A stretch of 63,021 nucleotides of DNA, counting the filler, from Asterionella formosa (taxonomy: Eukaryota): NCBI GenBank assembly GCA_002256025.1. It is 10 parts of 10 records of this genome, joined end to end, with 100 filler letters (N's around TTAATTAATTAA, not from the genome) between each part and the next. Parts side by side here need not be neighbours in the genome. Positions count along the whole stretch, not along the records: positions 1 to 24,997 come from NKIB01002101.1; 9 more parts are not named here. One strand, written 5' to 3'. The notes beneath the pieces are model-generated. The model was given only the letters and a program-made list of their open reading frames with translations, did no database searches and was not told the DNA's origin. Both the position numbers and the translations under genes were made by a program. Of the stretch, positions 12,602 through 23,014 are shown piece by piece. Position 1 is the stretch's first letter, and every line of letters starts with the position of its first letter.

Positions 12602-15600
12602 TTAGGCTGTGTTCAATGTCAATACATGAATCGATCACATAAAAATCTTTGGTTGCTTGTGCCAGTGGCTTAGTCAGCGCATCAGCCAAGTTTGTCTTTC
12701 CATCCTCTTTTGTCACTCTGACTGTGCCTGCTGCTACTGCCTCTCTTGAACGATGATAAGCAATTGAATTGTGTTTCTTCTTAAGCGTAGATTCCGGGAA
12801 AATAGTATCCTTGGTAACTGTCTCGTTGTCACAATAGACGTTGGTTGGCCCTTCTATTGGGATTCCAAACATTCTCAGTTTGTAGCGCAGAGCCTCCATT
12901 AACTCCATAGAGATCCTCATGGCAACAAACTCGCTTCCACATGTCGATGTCTTGACCGTATTTTGGCGTTTGCTATACCACACTACTGGTGCCCTGTTAA
13001 CAAAGAGTAGGATACCGGTTTGTGAGCGTCTTGTTATACGATTACCTGCATCATGGTCAGTGTCAACAAAACAATGTGTTGACACCACATCATTTCCACG
13101 GGCTTCTGGCATGTCCCCTGGAATTGGCTCTTTTGCCCCTCGATAAAAATCATGCCAATCACACTTCACAAATCTCGATTCATCAATATCAGGGTGCTGG
13201 GGATCAAATGCCAACGTTCGCTTAGGTCTTGCTTTCAAGAATCCGAAGATATGATAAACCTGTTGAAGATGTCCCTCTCAAGGTAACGCAAGGTGAGAAG
13301 ACAGCATTGACAATTCCATTGCAATATCAATCCTACCGAGTTCTATCGCCCACCGCAAGACTCCAATCATCTCTTGATAATAGCGGATGCCTTCTAATTT
13401 TAGCTCCGCTGTTGTGTCCAGCTCAGGTCGATAATTGGCTTGAATCGGTGTGGTGCATCTGGATGGTAATCTCTGACCGCTTGACTTCAATGCTGCTTCG
13501 ACATTTGCTATGGATGCTTTAATGTATTGCTCTGATGACATTGTCCAGCATTCTATTCCATTAATGATCTTTTGTGTGAGCTGTGCCCCAAGATAATTTT
13601 CTGGTTTTTCAATCTTGTCGTCTTTCAATTTAAATGTTGCTTGGATACCCTTGTTCATAGTTGCATGTGGTTCATGGGATATACATAAGATATCGTCAAC
13701 ATATATAAGCATCATTTCATAGTACTCAAAACCATTGGGTTAGGTCGCTGGTCGAATCCATACGTCTGGATCCGCTTTTGTTGGCATATAGCTCAAATCA
13801 TACAGGGCCTCAGCCAAATGTGCTCGGAAGGCCGCACCACTAGACTTTAATCCACACAATGCTTTTCGAATGAACATCAAACCCTCAGCTTCTGATCCGA
13901 ATTCTGGTCCTGCAATAGTATATATTCTGTCACGGCATTCAGCAGTCAAGTATGCATTTTGGATGTCACATGCCAGTAATTCAAGGTCATTGAGAGATGC
14001 AATTAAGAGGGCAATCCTCACTGAATCCCTCGAAACCACCGAGGAGTATGTCAGTGCTGCTGGGCCTCTGTTTCATTCCTATTGGCAACTAATCTTGCCT
14101 TTCGTCTGAAGTTCTCGCCCATCTTGATGTCACATATAAAATGACTCTTGATTCTCTGGTACCCTGGAGGCAGTTCGTTCTCATCCTGTTCCCACATCTC
14201 AAATGCTGGCCTCACGTTTTTCATCTCTGTGCAAATTGCATCCCACCAGAGACTATTGCCATTCTGTTTGTCAATTGCAATCGCTTGTTCCGCTGATTTT
14301 GGAATACGAATTCCAAACTTATGCGTTCGCTGCCAGTACTTAGATTTAAATTTGGATAGGATCCTATTGCGCTTCCTTATTACATTTCCAACCTACCAAG
14401 CAAAAGCTGGTTCCTCATCTATTTGGTTGGAAATTGCGTACTCTGCAACTAGGACTGGGTATGAACGTTTCGCATCCTTCAGAGCAACCCAATTGGTGCT
14501 ACCGTCTTTCCACTGACACAACATATGCCATCCTTGTGTTGTCTTGCGCCTCCTTTTAACGCCATTCTTCATCATTATGAAGGCGTCGTCTTTGTCAATA
14601 GCTAGCGCTATTACTTTGCTGATGGTCAATGATATCTTCTAGGAGGATATGCCTATTCCCTTCTTCATCAATCTGTGAATACAAGTTTTGAGCAATAATG
14701 CTAGCAGATAATGATTCAGATACGCCATCCTTAAATTCAACAGAGTATTCTCTCGTGTCTAATAATGGGTTCTCATTTGCCATACCAATCGGTCGTCCTT
14801 CTGCATCACGTAGCCGCTTTGTAACTTTACCAAATTGCGCATTTCAATTGTCATTCATTCCCTTGTCAAGGCTACTTCCTTATTGAGGTATGTATCATGA
14901 AAGGTGTCAGGAGTGAAGGTTTCATCGACTTCTGGGATACTAGAATCGGATATGACTCCATTGAATTGTGCTGCAAACTCTGTGTGGTCANNNNNNNNNN
15001 NNNNNNNNNNNNNNNNNNNNNNNNNNNNNNNNNNNNNNNNNNNNNNNNNNNNNNNNNNNNNNNNNNNNNNNNNNNNNNNNNNNNNNNNNNNNNNNNNNNN
15101 NNNNNNNNNNNNNNNNNNAACTCGGTGTGGTCATCCCAATCCTGTAACTGAGCGACGCTCATCTTGCTGCTCTTTTATGGTGTTATTATCGTCTTTCATG
15201 ATGCCAGCAAGTTGCTTGTCATACTCCATACATCGCTGTTTTACCTCATATGTCCCTAACTCCAGGTTTGTGACACGCTGCACTGTGGTTCTTGAAATAA
15301 CTCTTCCATTTGATGTCAGTATCCAGTATGACATTAGGTTGCCAATGCGGTGTGATACGCCCAGCCAAACTCCAAACATATTGTCACCAACCCCTGTCGG
15401 GAGTCTTGCCTGTCACCTGTTCAAGAGTTGTGCGACCTTCAAGTTGAAATGATGAGTTTGCTGTTAATGACATCGTCTCACACACCCATACTATGATACC
15501 ATAGTCCCACAGAGGTTTTGGTACTCTCCGCTTTGTCATTTGTCGGAACCATTTTCTTTTTACTTCTCTAATTACCGCTTCAGCTCTGTTCTGTTGTGGG

Positions 15601-18456
15601 AGATTTGGTTCGCTGACATGGTGTTCAATGCCATATATCCTTACAATCTGGGGGAATAGCTTAGTTGGTCAGCTCACCTTCCGAGGTGGCGGGTTCGATT
15701 CCCGCGTTCTCCACCTGCTTTGTTTATGTAGTCCCTTGGGTTCCGGGTGGTGAGGCAGACAACAAGCAGGTCTAAGGCCCTATGGGGGGCCAAGTGCGAC
15801 TTCACAACCTCCACAATTGTTGAGTTCTTTAACAATAGCGCGCTATAAAATGTACTTAATAAATTAATTTATATCCTTACAATCTGCATAAATTCAGTTT
15901 TAGGTACAGTTTGTTCGCTTGCGCCATCAAATGTCAGCTGTTCAGGAACTCCGTAATCGCGTACAAATTATCGCAAAGCCTGTCCAGCAATCAACTTTCG
16001 GTCCATTGGATATGCCTTCACAAAGTATGACTCGTTTGCAAATATCTGTGCACAGGTGTTACTGGAAATAGATTTACATCGTCTAAATAACGTGTCTGTG
16101 TAGAACTTCTGATTCCTTGGTTTCTTTTGATTTAACATCCTGTCAGTCCTATACCTTCTGCTTAGCTAGGGGCAATATCGCTGATTGCATGCCTTGCTGA
16201 GTTGTTACCCTTAAGGTTTGTTGGGCCTGCTTCATACCAATGTTCCATCTCGCACCTACCTGATCACTAGTTATTGATGTGTGTCTTTCGTTCGATATGA
16301 ACGTTTTCTTTTCTTGAACGTCAATTGCCTCAATATTTCGCTGGCTCATTAGTGATTTCGTCATTTTGTGCAAGCAATAAATTGACGATATTTGCAGTAG
16401 TCCTGGTTCAGTATCACTGCAATCACATTCTGCCTTCATGCGTTGTGTAGATGCTACTTGCACAGTGTGTGGGTTCCACTCGGTGTCAAGTGTAAGGTGT
16501 ACATAAGGACAGTTATCAAGTTCGGTTTGAGTGGGAATGGACGATTCAAGGAAGATGTTAGTTCCGCTGGTGATTAAGGGGATTGTCACATGGTTAGTTA
16601 TAATGGAAACGGGTGGGTCTCTTTCAAATGGGTTGTCCTGAACTGTGACACCGGCATATCGCAACTGATTTGGGTTGATCAATGAGTGTGTGAGTTCATC
16701 ACCAAAGCATTGACCTTCATGAATGACCAGAATATAAACTTGGCCATCTTGCTGATCTGTGTAAGGTGTTGCTGCAGTTACGATTGGTATGTCACGTTCA
16801 GGGTTGTTCTTATACGCTTCGGAATTGTATGGGGCCACATCACATACCCCACCAATGTAGTGGAGTAGTACGAAATTTGATCCAAGTGCGCATGTGTCCG
16901 CATGGGAATCAAGTTCACAACGAGCTGTCTGGATATAAGTGTGATGAAGAGACGAGATAGTTCGATAAATAGTAGGTGCAGCCCGTCTCGTTGTTGATTG
17001 ATATGTTGCCAATGCATGAGACAGAGCCGCAAGTCATTCTGTTTTACTTCGTTTTGCGCTTTCCTTCCCTCCAAATGAATTTCCTGCTTGACTAGCATTT
17101 GACTTCTTTGGTGTATCCTCTGCACCATCGTCTGCATTTGCCTTCTGAATTGAACTAATGATTGCCGTCATTAGCTGCTTTGTAGTCAATTCAGATATGG
17201 TTCGTTTGCTTCCACCTTGTTCTCCCTTCTTGTCACGTTCTTTGCGAATCTTGTCACGCTCTCAAAAGATAGCTTCTCCCATTCCGTTTTAGAATTATAT
17301 CCAGTGCTGGTTTTCTCTTGACTACTGCGTCCGCCTCGCCCGTTTCGTCCTTGTCCATTTCCTCTTCCTCCTCGTCCACTGTTTCACCCGCCTCGCGACC
17401 ACGGCCACCAATAGTAACTGCACTAATTTTTCTAGACAATTGATAACAATCCGGGGTATGAGAAATCTCGGAGTTTAAATGGTTAGCAGCAACAGTAAAA
17501 GTGATCCCATCTGTATTCAACTGATACCTTAGTTGTGCCACTGCTGCCGCTAATGCAGAGTTCTGCACTTTGGTAAGAAGCTCACCGACTTTGGCTCTCT
17601 CAGTCTATCGTTCATTTTATTCCTCAAAAATGGTAAACATCCGCTGTAAAGAATCTAGGAACTTGTTGAACAGGAAGGCTCGTTCAATTTTGTAGTGCAA
17701 GGTATTTTGGATCCGCTTTGCATCAGATATTCTCCTAGTGGAGTTTCCTTCACCAGCATAGTGGCGACGCAAAGCAATCATGTCACGCCTGCCATCTTGG
17801 TACTTGGCAATGTTGCGTATCCAGTTCTCAGTGTTTTCTCCTTGCAAGAACCCAATAATAGGATTGTGCACTCGCCTTGTATTGGCAATGTGATACTGCC
17901 CATTAAGCAATGCTCGATTAATCATCCTTTCGTTGAATGTATATGACAATGGAATGCCATTTACCCCAGGGATGACCAATAGGTAGTTAATGAATGCCTT
18001 CTCCCATTCAGGCCATTTATGTTCATCCTTGAATTTTCCTGGATCAGCTGCCTTTGAGTTGGTGGTAACCAATTCAATGTCGGATTTACGAATTTGAGCC
18101 ATACTGAGGGCTGCATACATCATTTCTTCATCGAAATTTTCATGGTTTGGAATATCGCTTGCTCTATGACAGTCCTGTACCCAATGCATAACACCAGTCA
18201 GCTTCTTAGTGCGTCCTAGTAGTCCAAAGACAATCCGTCCATTTGCCTGGGTACGCTTGCCAAACTCATCCGCCATATCACGGATATCCTTCTCCACAAG
18301 GTAGCGGAAATCTTCGAATCGGCCCAACCCTGCCTGCATGATGCCGGCCCTTTCGGCTTCTGATTCAAATCCAATCACCTGGAGTACTTTGTCAATGCCT
18401 ATCAACATCATTGGTGAACCTTCATTCACAATCGGAGCAACTGCCACTTCGGCCAT
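12602..18456 (-). pseudogene. Copia gag-pol polyprotein with multiple frameshifts and stops
   Basis: ORF fragments 17617-18456 (gag), 16149-17012 (protease), 15131-15379, 14393-14783, 13740-14039, 13278-13715 (RT), 12537-13238 (RNase H). Confidence 0.92.
15651..15869 (+). mobile_element. tRNA-derived SINE inserted in the Copia integrase
   Basis: 17-bp TSD TATATCCTTACAATCTG (15634-15650 and 15870-15886). A box TAGCTTAGTTGG, B box GGTTCGATTCC, tRNA-Ala-like T arm and 3' end GCGGGTTCGATTCCCGCGTTCTCCA, AT-rich tail AATAAATTAATT. Confidence 0.88.
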
Positions 18457-18773
18457 CTTGTTGTTTTGTTCTGTATATGAATATAATGTTAGTACGTGAG
18501 GGGTTTCACGTTTTGCTAATGCCTGATGAGATGATCAGTCTCACTTTGGCCGCTCACTGCGCTAGTAGGGATTGAGAAGGATTTCCTTCCTCTATCCGGT
18601 TGTTATGCTGTGCTTCCTGAGCCCGCATCCAGCCGTCACTGGTGTATCTGGAAATATCGACACTTTGGCAACATCGCATCGCTAAAATTCATTCACTATT
18701 TGGTTCGTTTTTCGCTTGCTTTATCCTCTTTCCGCTATCATCGCTCTCGCTTCTTACAATGGGTCTTATAAAC

Positions 18774-19022
18774 TAAATCATAATTGCTGTGTGAAGTCCG
18801 CCATAGTGACTTACTTAGGTAAAGAGTAAAAAAGTAAAGATGTATTAAAAGGATTAATTGTAAAAAGAGTGGGCAAGATCGAGCACTTACTTCTTGCTTT
18901 CGCTATCGCTAACTAACAGACACTTCCACATATCGCCAATGTCTGCATGCTATAACAACTTGTGACTGCTGTACCGTACTGCTACGTATCGCTACGTACT
19001 TCGCGCCAACCTTAATTGTTCA
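18774..19022 (-). repeat. 5' LTR of the Copia element
   Basis: Direct repeat of 12224-12474, followed on the minus strand by the PBS-like GTTTATAAGACCCA. Confidence 0.93.
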
Positions 19023-19479
19023 ATATGTGTGTATGGAAGCGGGCACTTACAATGGAATTTGTTGGACAGGAGATTTCAGGACCAAAAATTCCAGCACACA
19101 AATACTATTCCAGGTGATGACGTTTCGGCTCATAGTCATTCTGATTCCGATTTTTGGAGACTGAAGAGAAGGCCGATTTTGTCCAATTTTTGGACGACAA
19201 TGCAAGGTTGGTCGGAAGGTGATTTTATATACCGGTACCAAATAGTAAGACTTCAAAAAGCTGCAGTATATCTCGAGCTAGGGGTTCAAATGCAGGAACC
19301 TTAAGCAAAACGTCGGGACGAAGACAGCACTGTGGATATAGCAAAATTACAGCAACTTGCTCAGCTCACAAGCATATTTGGATAAAGCACGGAGCCCTTG
19401 AAACAAAATTGTACAACCTTGCTTAATTGCATCTTGCGCCTTTGGAAGGGCCACACATAAATAGGAGAGGAATGCAAGT

Positions 19480-21255
19480 ATGGGATGGACAATGTATATA
19501 TTATGGTGCTACCACCCTCTTCGATCACATAGGTTTTGTCTATTTTCGACTCTTTTTTTTCTGATTTTGCCGCAACCCGATCTGGCTCGAAAAGAAGATG
19601 ACCGGTCCAAGTTCCTTTACGTCGAGTATCCTGATGCAAAGGAAGTTGTGTTCGATTACCAAAGTCACATGCATGCACCTCACTTTGTGTTAGAAGAGGT
19701 ATCTGAAAAACACAAGGAGTTTTCTGAGAATCTTCATGAGCTCAATTCCACGGAACATTCGGTGCAACCATTCTTCCTCCGAAGCGATTATCCAATTCCT
19801 CGGGTTGTTCAATTTTACAGTCCTTGGTGTGGCCATTGCCAGCAATTTGTGTCTCGTTACGTAAGTATCGCCAAAGATGTGTTGGGTAGAGTCCCTCGAT
19901 TTCACGTTGAGTTCTACGCCGTTTCATGTTCGGAGCATCATTCCTTGTGTCAGGCCGAAGTAATTCATACTTACCCTACGATACGAGCATATCCTGCTTA
20001 CGAAGCGAGATCGACGCAACTGAAAGTTTTTACACCGGGGTCTATTGATAATGTCTTGAAACTAGGCTTGATGCAACAGGGTTTCTCGAACGCCGACGAA
20101 AGCGAAGACGAAGTGGAAGGAAAATACGCCCAAGTCGCGCCCAAGCTTGATATCCTAGGAGCTACTTCCAATGGTTATCGGCATACTCGAACTGATGTGT
20201 ACAGAGATGCTGCACTTTCCTTCACATATGCGCTTCAAAATCATGTTTTCGACGAAGACCAGAACGTTTTGACACCGGACCAAGCAGCAGCACTGGAAGA
20301 ATGGCTGGATTTACTCTATTGGACGTTACCACCGACATGGATGATTCACCCGTTAATAAATGACTTGAGGAGAAATCAAAAAGAGATTGTGCGTAACAAA
20401 CCTTTACTTCTTCAGCTTGTAAATCTTCATCAGCCAGTAGTGCATGACAAGAAGGACATGCAATGGAGTGAGGGATGTCGACACGGCGAAGGCTTGGTAG
20501 CGAGTTATTCATGTGGACTCTGGGGACTTTTTCACATTTTGTCGATTGGAGTTCCAGAGCAACATTCGAAAGTCTTGGGAGTTCGACATCGAATCTCCAC
20601 AGCACACGCGGCTGAGACACTCAAGAACTATGTTACTCATTTCTTTGGGTGGTGTCCTCAATGTCAAGAAGAATTTTTACAGCTCTACAACAGTTGTGCC
20701 TATGGCCACTGTCGGCGATTTCAAAGATTCAAAGGCAAGAAAAATCCTGCCCATCACACTTGGGAGGAGTTTCCTGTGTGGCTTTGGCAAATTCACAATG
20801 ACATCAACCAGAAGCTAGCGTCGAAAATAATTCAAAAGACACACAAAAGAAAAGCGACAATAGCGGATTTAGAAAAGGCGCGGTGGCCCTCCGAGTCAGC
20901 CTGTCATCTTTGCTACAACAAAAAAGGATCAATTGGCAAGGCTTCGCATGTTTACGCTTTCCTTAAAGATGAGTATTGGCCAAGTGGTGTTTACAACAAT
21001 CGCTTTATGGTGTTAGATAAACACGACAGCGTCGCTGACACATCTGCCTACTCGGATGTCTTGGATCTTCTGTATAAGGTTTCGCTGGGATTATTTCCAA
21101 GTGAATCCGACACTTTAATTATTGGAGGGGCATTGATTGCAGCAATTATTGTATTTTGTACTTCCAAAATTTTCGTCAAGGGTCTACGATTGCGACGAAT
21201 CCAACGAACAGGACGACATAAGAAATATGATATTGACCCGCTCTTTGATCCATAG
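19480..21255 (+). CDS. QSOX: QSOX-like sulfhydryl oxidase, paralog B (single ORF)
   Basis: Hydrophobic N-terminal segment. VVQFYSPWCGHC, YSCGLWGLFH, FFGWCPQCQEEF, VWLWQIHNDIN, CHLC, TM, TGRHKK tail. Confidence 0.92.
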   Translation: MGWTMYILWCYHPLRSHRFCLFSTLFFLILPQPDLARKEDDRSKFLYVEYPDAKEVVFDYQSHMHAPHFVLEEVSEKHKEFSENLHELNSTEHSVQPFFLRSDYPIPRVVQFYSPWCGHCQQFVSRYVSIAKDVLGRVPRFHVEFYAVSCSEHHSLCQAEVIHTYPTIRAYPAYEARSTQLKVFTPGSIDNVLKLGLMQQGFSNADESEDEVEGKYAQVAPKLDILGATSNGYRHTRTDVYRDAALSFTYALQNHVFDEDQNVLTPDQAAALEEWLDLLYWTLPPTWMIHPLINDLRRNQKEIVRNKPLLLQLVNLHQPVVHDKKDMQWSEGCRHGEGLVASYSCGLWGLFHILSIGVPEQHSKVLGVRHRISTAHAAETLKNYVTHFFGWCPQCQEEFLQLYNSCAYGHCRRFQRFKGKKNPAHHTWEEFPVWLWQIHNDINQKLASKIIQKTHKRKATIADLEKARWPSESACHLCYNKKGSIGKASHVYAFLKDEYWPSGVYNNRFMVLDKHDSVADTSAYSDVLDLLYKVSLGLFPSESDTLIIGGALIAAIIVFCTSKIFVKGLRLRRIQRTGRHKKYDIDPLFDP

Positions 21256-21351
21256 AGTAAATCAAAAAGATTACGGGAGACGTAAAAACATAGTATCAAT
21301 GTTCACGAAAAAGGGAGCACGGTTGTTAAAAAAATTAGGATTAGCGCTTCA

Positions 21352-23014
21352 TCATGGTACCCCATTCCGGTAGTGTCCATCAAATTTCTTGTGTCGACCT
21401 GTCATGTATCGCTTCCTCTTTTGAATAAAATGCGCAATCGTCGCAAAAATAAAAATTGTAAGGGGAACAATTGGAATGACCAGAGGAAGTCTTAAAAAAC
21501 TGATTCCAGCATTGTCAGCGATTTCATTTTCTACTGAAATTGCATTTGACAAATGTAATTCTCGGCGAAAGCTAGCTGACACCCTATCGTCTGGCCAGTA
21601 TTCCATTCGTAGATATTTGTACATTAAATTTTCATCCCAAGCGCCGTCTTTCCCCCAACATTCAGGGCATTCGGAACGAGAAGGCCACTGAACTCGAATC
21701 TCATCTTCGGTAGTCACTAGCTTTCGGTCACGTTCGGCTTGCTCTTTCATCAATCTTACATTGACAGCATTATGCGTCTCCCACAACCACAACGGCAGTT
21801 GTTTCCAGTCTTTTGGTTCCTCTCCAGCAAACCGAGTACATCGGTCAAAAGCGCATGCATCATAAGCAGATAAAAAGTTTTTGCGACAGACGTCACAAGC
21901 GAAAAAGTTGGCGACATAGTCATGCAAGGTATCGGCGGCCTCATTGATTTCGATAATGGCCCATTCGTCACTCACGAGATTATTCCATTCCACCACTCCG
22001 ACTGTCATAATGTGAAAGAGCTCCCATAATCCACAGGTATATCCAGCGAGATTGTCACCATGAGAACATGCCAAACTCCATTGTGAGTGGAGGTGCTCCG
22101 GTTGCTGGTGTTGATCCATAATTTTAATTAAGATATCTTCCGACAGGGGTGATTCCTTCATATGATCCAAAAGATCGCTAAGAGGTTTATGAATCGTCCA
22201 TTGTGGTGGGAGAGCTTCATGAAGTAAATCCAACCATTCGTAAAAGGCATCACTAGTTTTGTTTTCCAAAGGCCCCAAGGACATGAATATCGAATTTCGC
22301 ATGGCAAAGTCAAACGATAGCATAGCATCAGAGTAAATTTCTTCTTGAGTTCGTTTGTCTCGTTTTACGGCAAAAGCTTGGGGATGAGAATTAACTTGCG
22401 CAATCGTTGAAACGTTAACAGCACTTAAGAACTCGGCTTGTACACCAAGAAATTGCAACATTTGAAATGGGTGCAACTTCCAATATGTGACTTCTGTTCC
22501 ATTGAGGGCACCCAACGGAAAAATCCGGATACTCGGATAGGAGCGAATTCCTTGAGTTTCAGCACGAGTCGTTAAGCAGATTTTATAGAAATTCCCTTCA
22601 ACAGCAGCAGTGCCGGTACCGGTAGTTGCACTTACCAAATTTTTGACAAACTTTCTTGTGGACAGTACAGGACACGGCATGGAAACTAATACTTATATTG
22701 AAAGGCTTGGCAATCTCAGTAGTCTTTCTCGCAAATGCAATAAAGTTAGCTTTAAAATGCTTGCAATGCGGACACCAGGGGGCATAAAATTCCACCACAC
22801 GATGCCCCAAATGCGGATCGTGAAGAAAGGGTGGTAGAACGATTTCCCCCGCCACCTCCACCTCGTCTCCTGGGAGGATATACTCCTGAATGGGCCACAC
22901 CTCTTGCGGTTCCATGATGGAGTATATGTACCTGTTCTCCGCATTTTTTTGCGCGCGAATGGCTGGCAAGATAGTCAGAATTAGGAGGAAGAACAGCAAC
23001 TCCGAAGGCATCAT
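21352..23014 (-). CDS. QSOX: QSOX-like sulfhydryl oxidase, paralog C, spliced
   Basis: Signal peptide MMPSELLFFLLILTILPAIRA. VVEFYAPWCPHC. Intron 22551-22635 (GTAAGT..CTCAAG) gives KFGIRSYP. YTCGLWELFH, FFACDVCRKNF, LWLWETHNAVNVRL, CPEC, TM, TGRHKK. Confidence 0.92.

Larger units (their letters stand above)
12224..19022 (-). mobile_element. Ty1/Copia (CoDi-type) LTR retrotransposon, full length, degenerate
   Basis: About 250-bp LTRs at 12224-12474 and 18774-19022. Domain order on the minus strand is gag, protease (CELDSHADTC), integrase, RT (DIQNAYL, IYVDD), RNase H (SEFVAM, CDN, ADALTK). Purine tract AAAGGGA next to the 3' LTR; ATAT flanks both ends. Confidence 0.95.

Noticed and set aside
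15650..15713. Functional tRNA gene
   Set aside because: The anticodon arm is shortened, there is no oligo-T terminator directly after it, and it is the head of a TSD-flanked insert.
18522..18545. Hammerhead ribozyme core (CTGATGAG..)
   Set aside because: No GAAA after stem II and no compatible cleavage-site stems.
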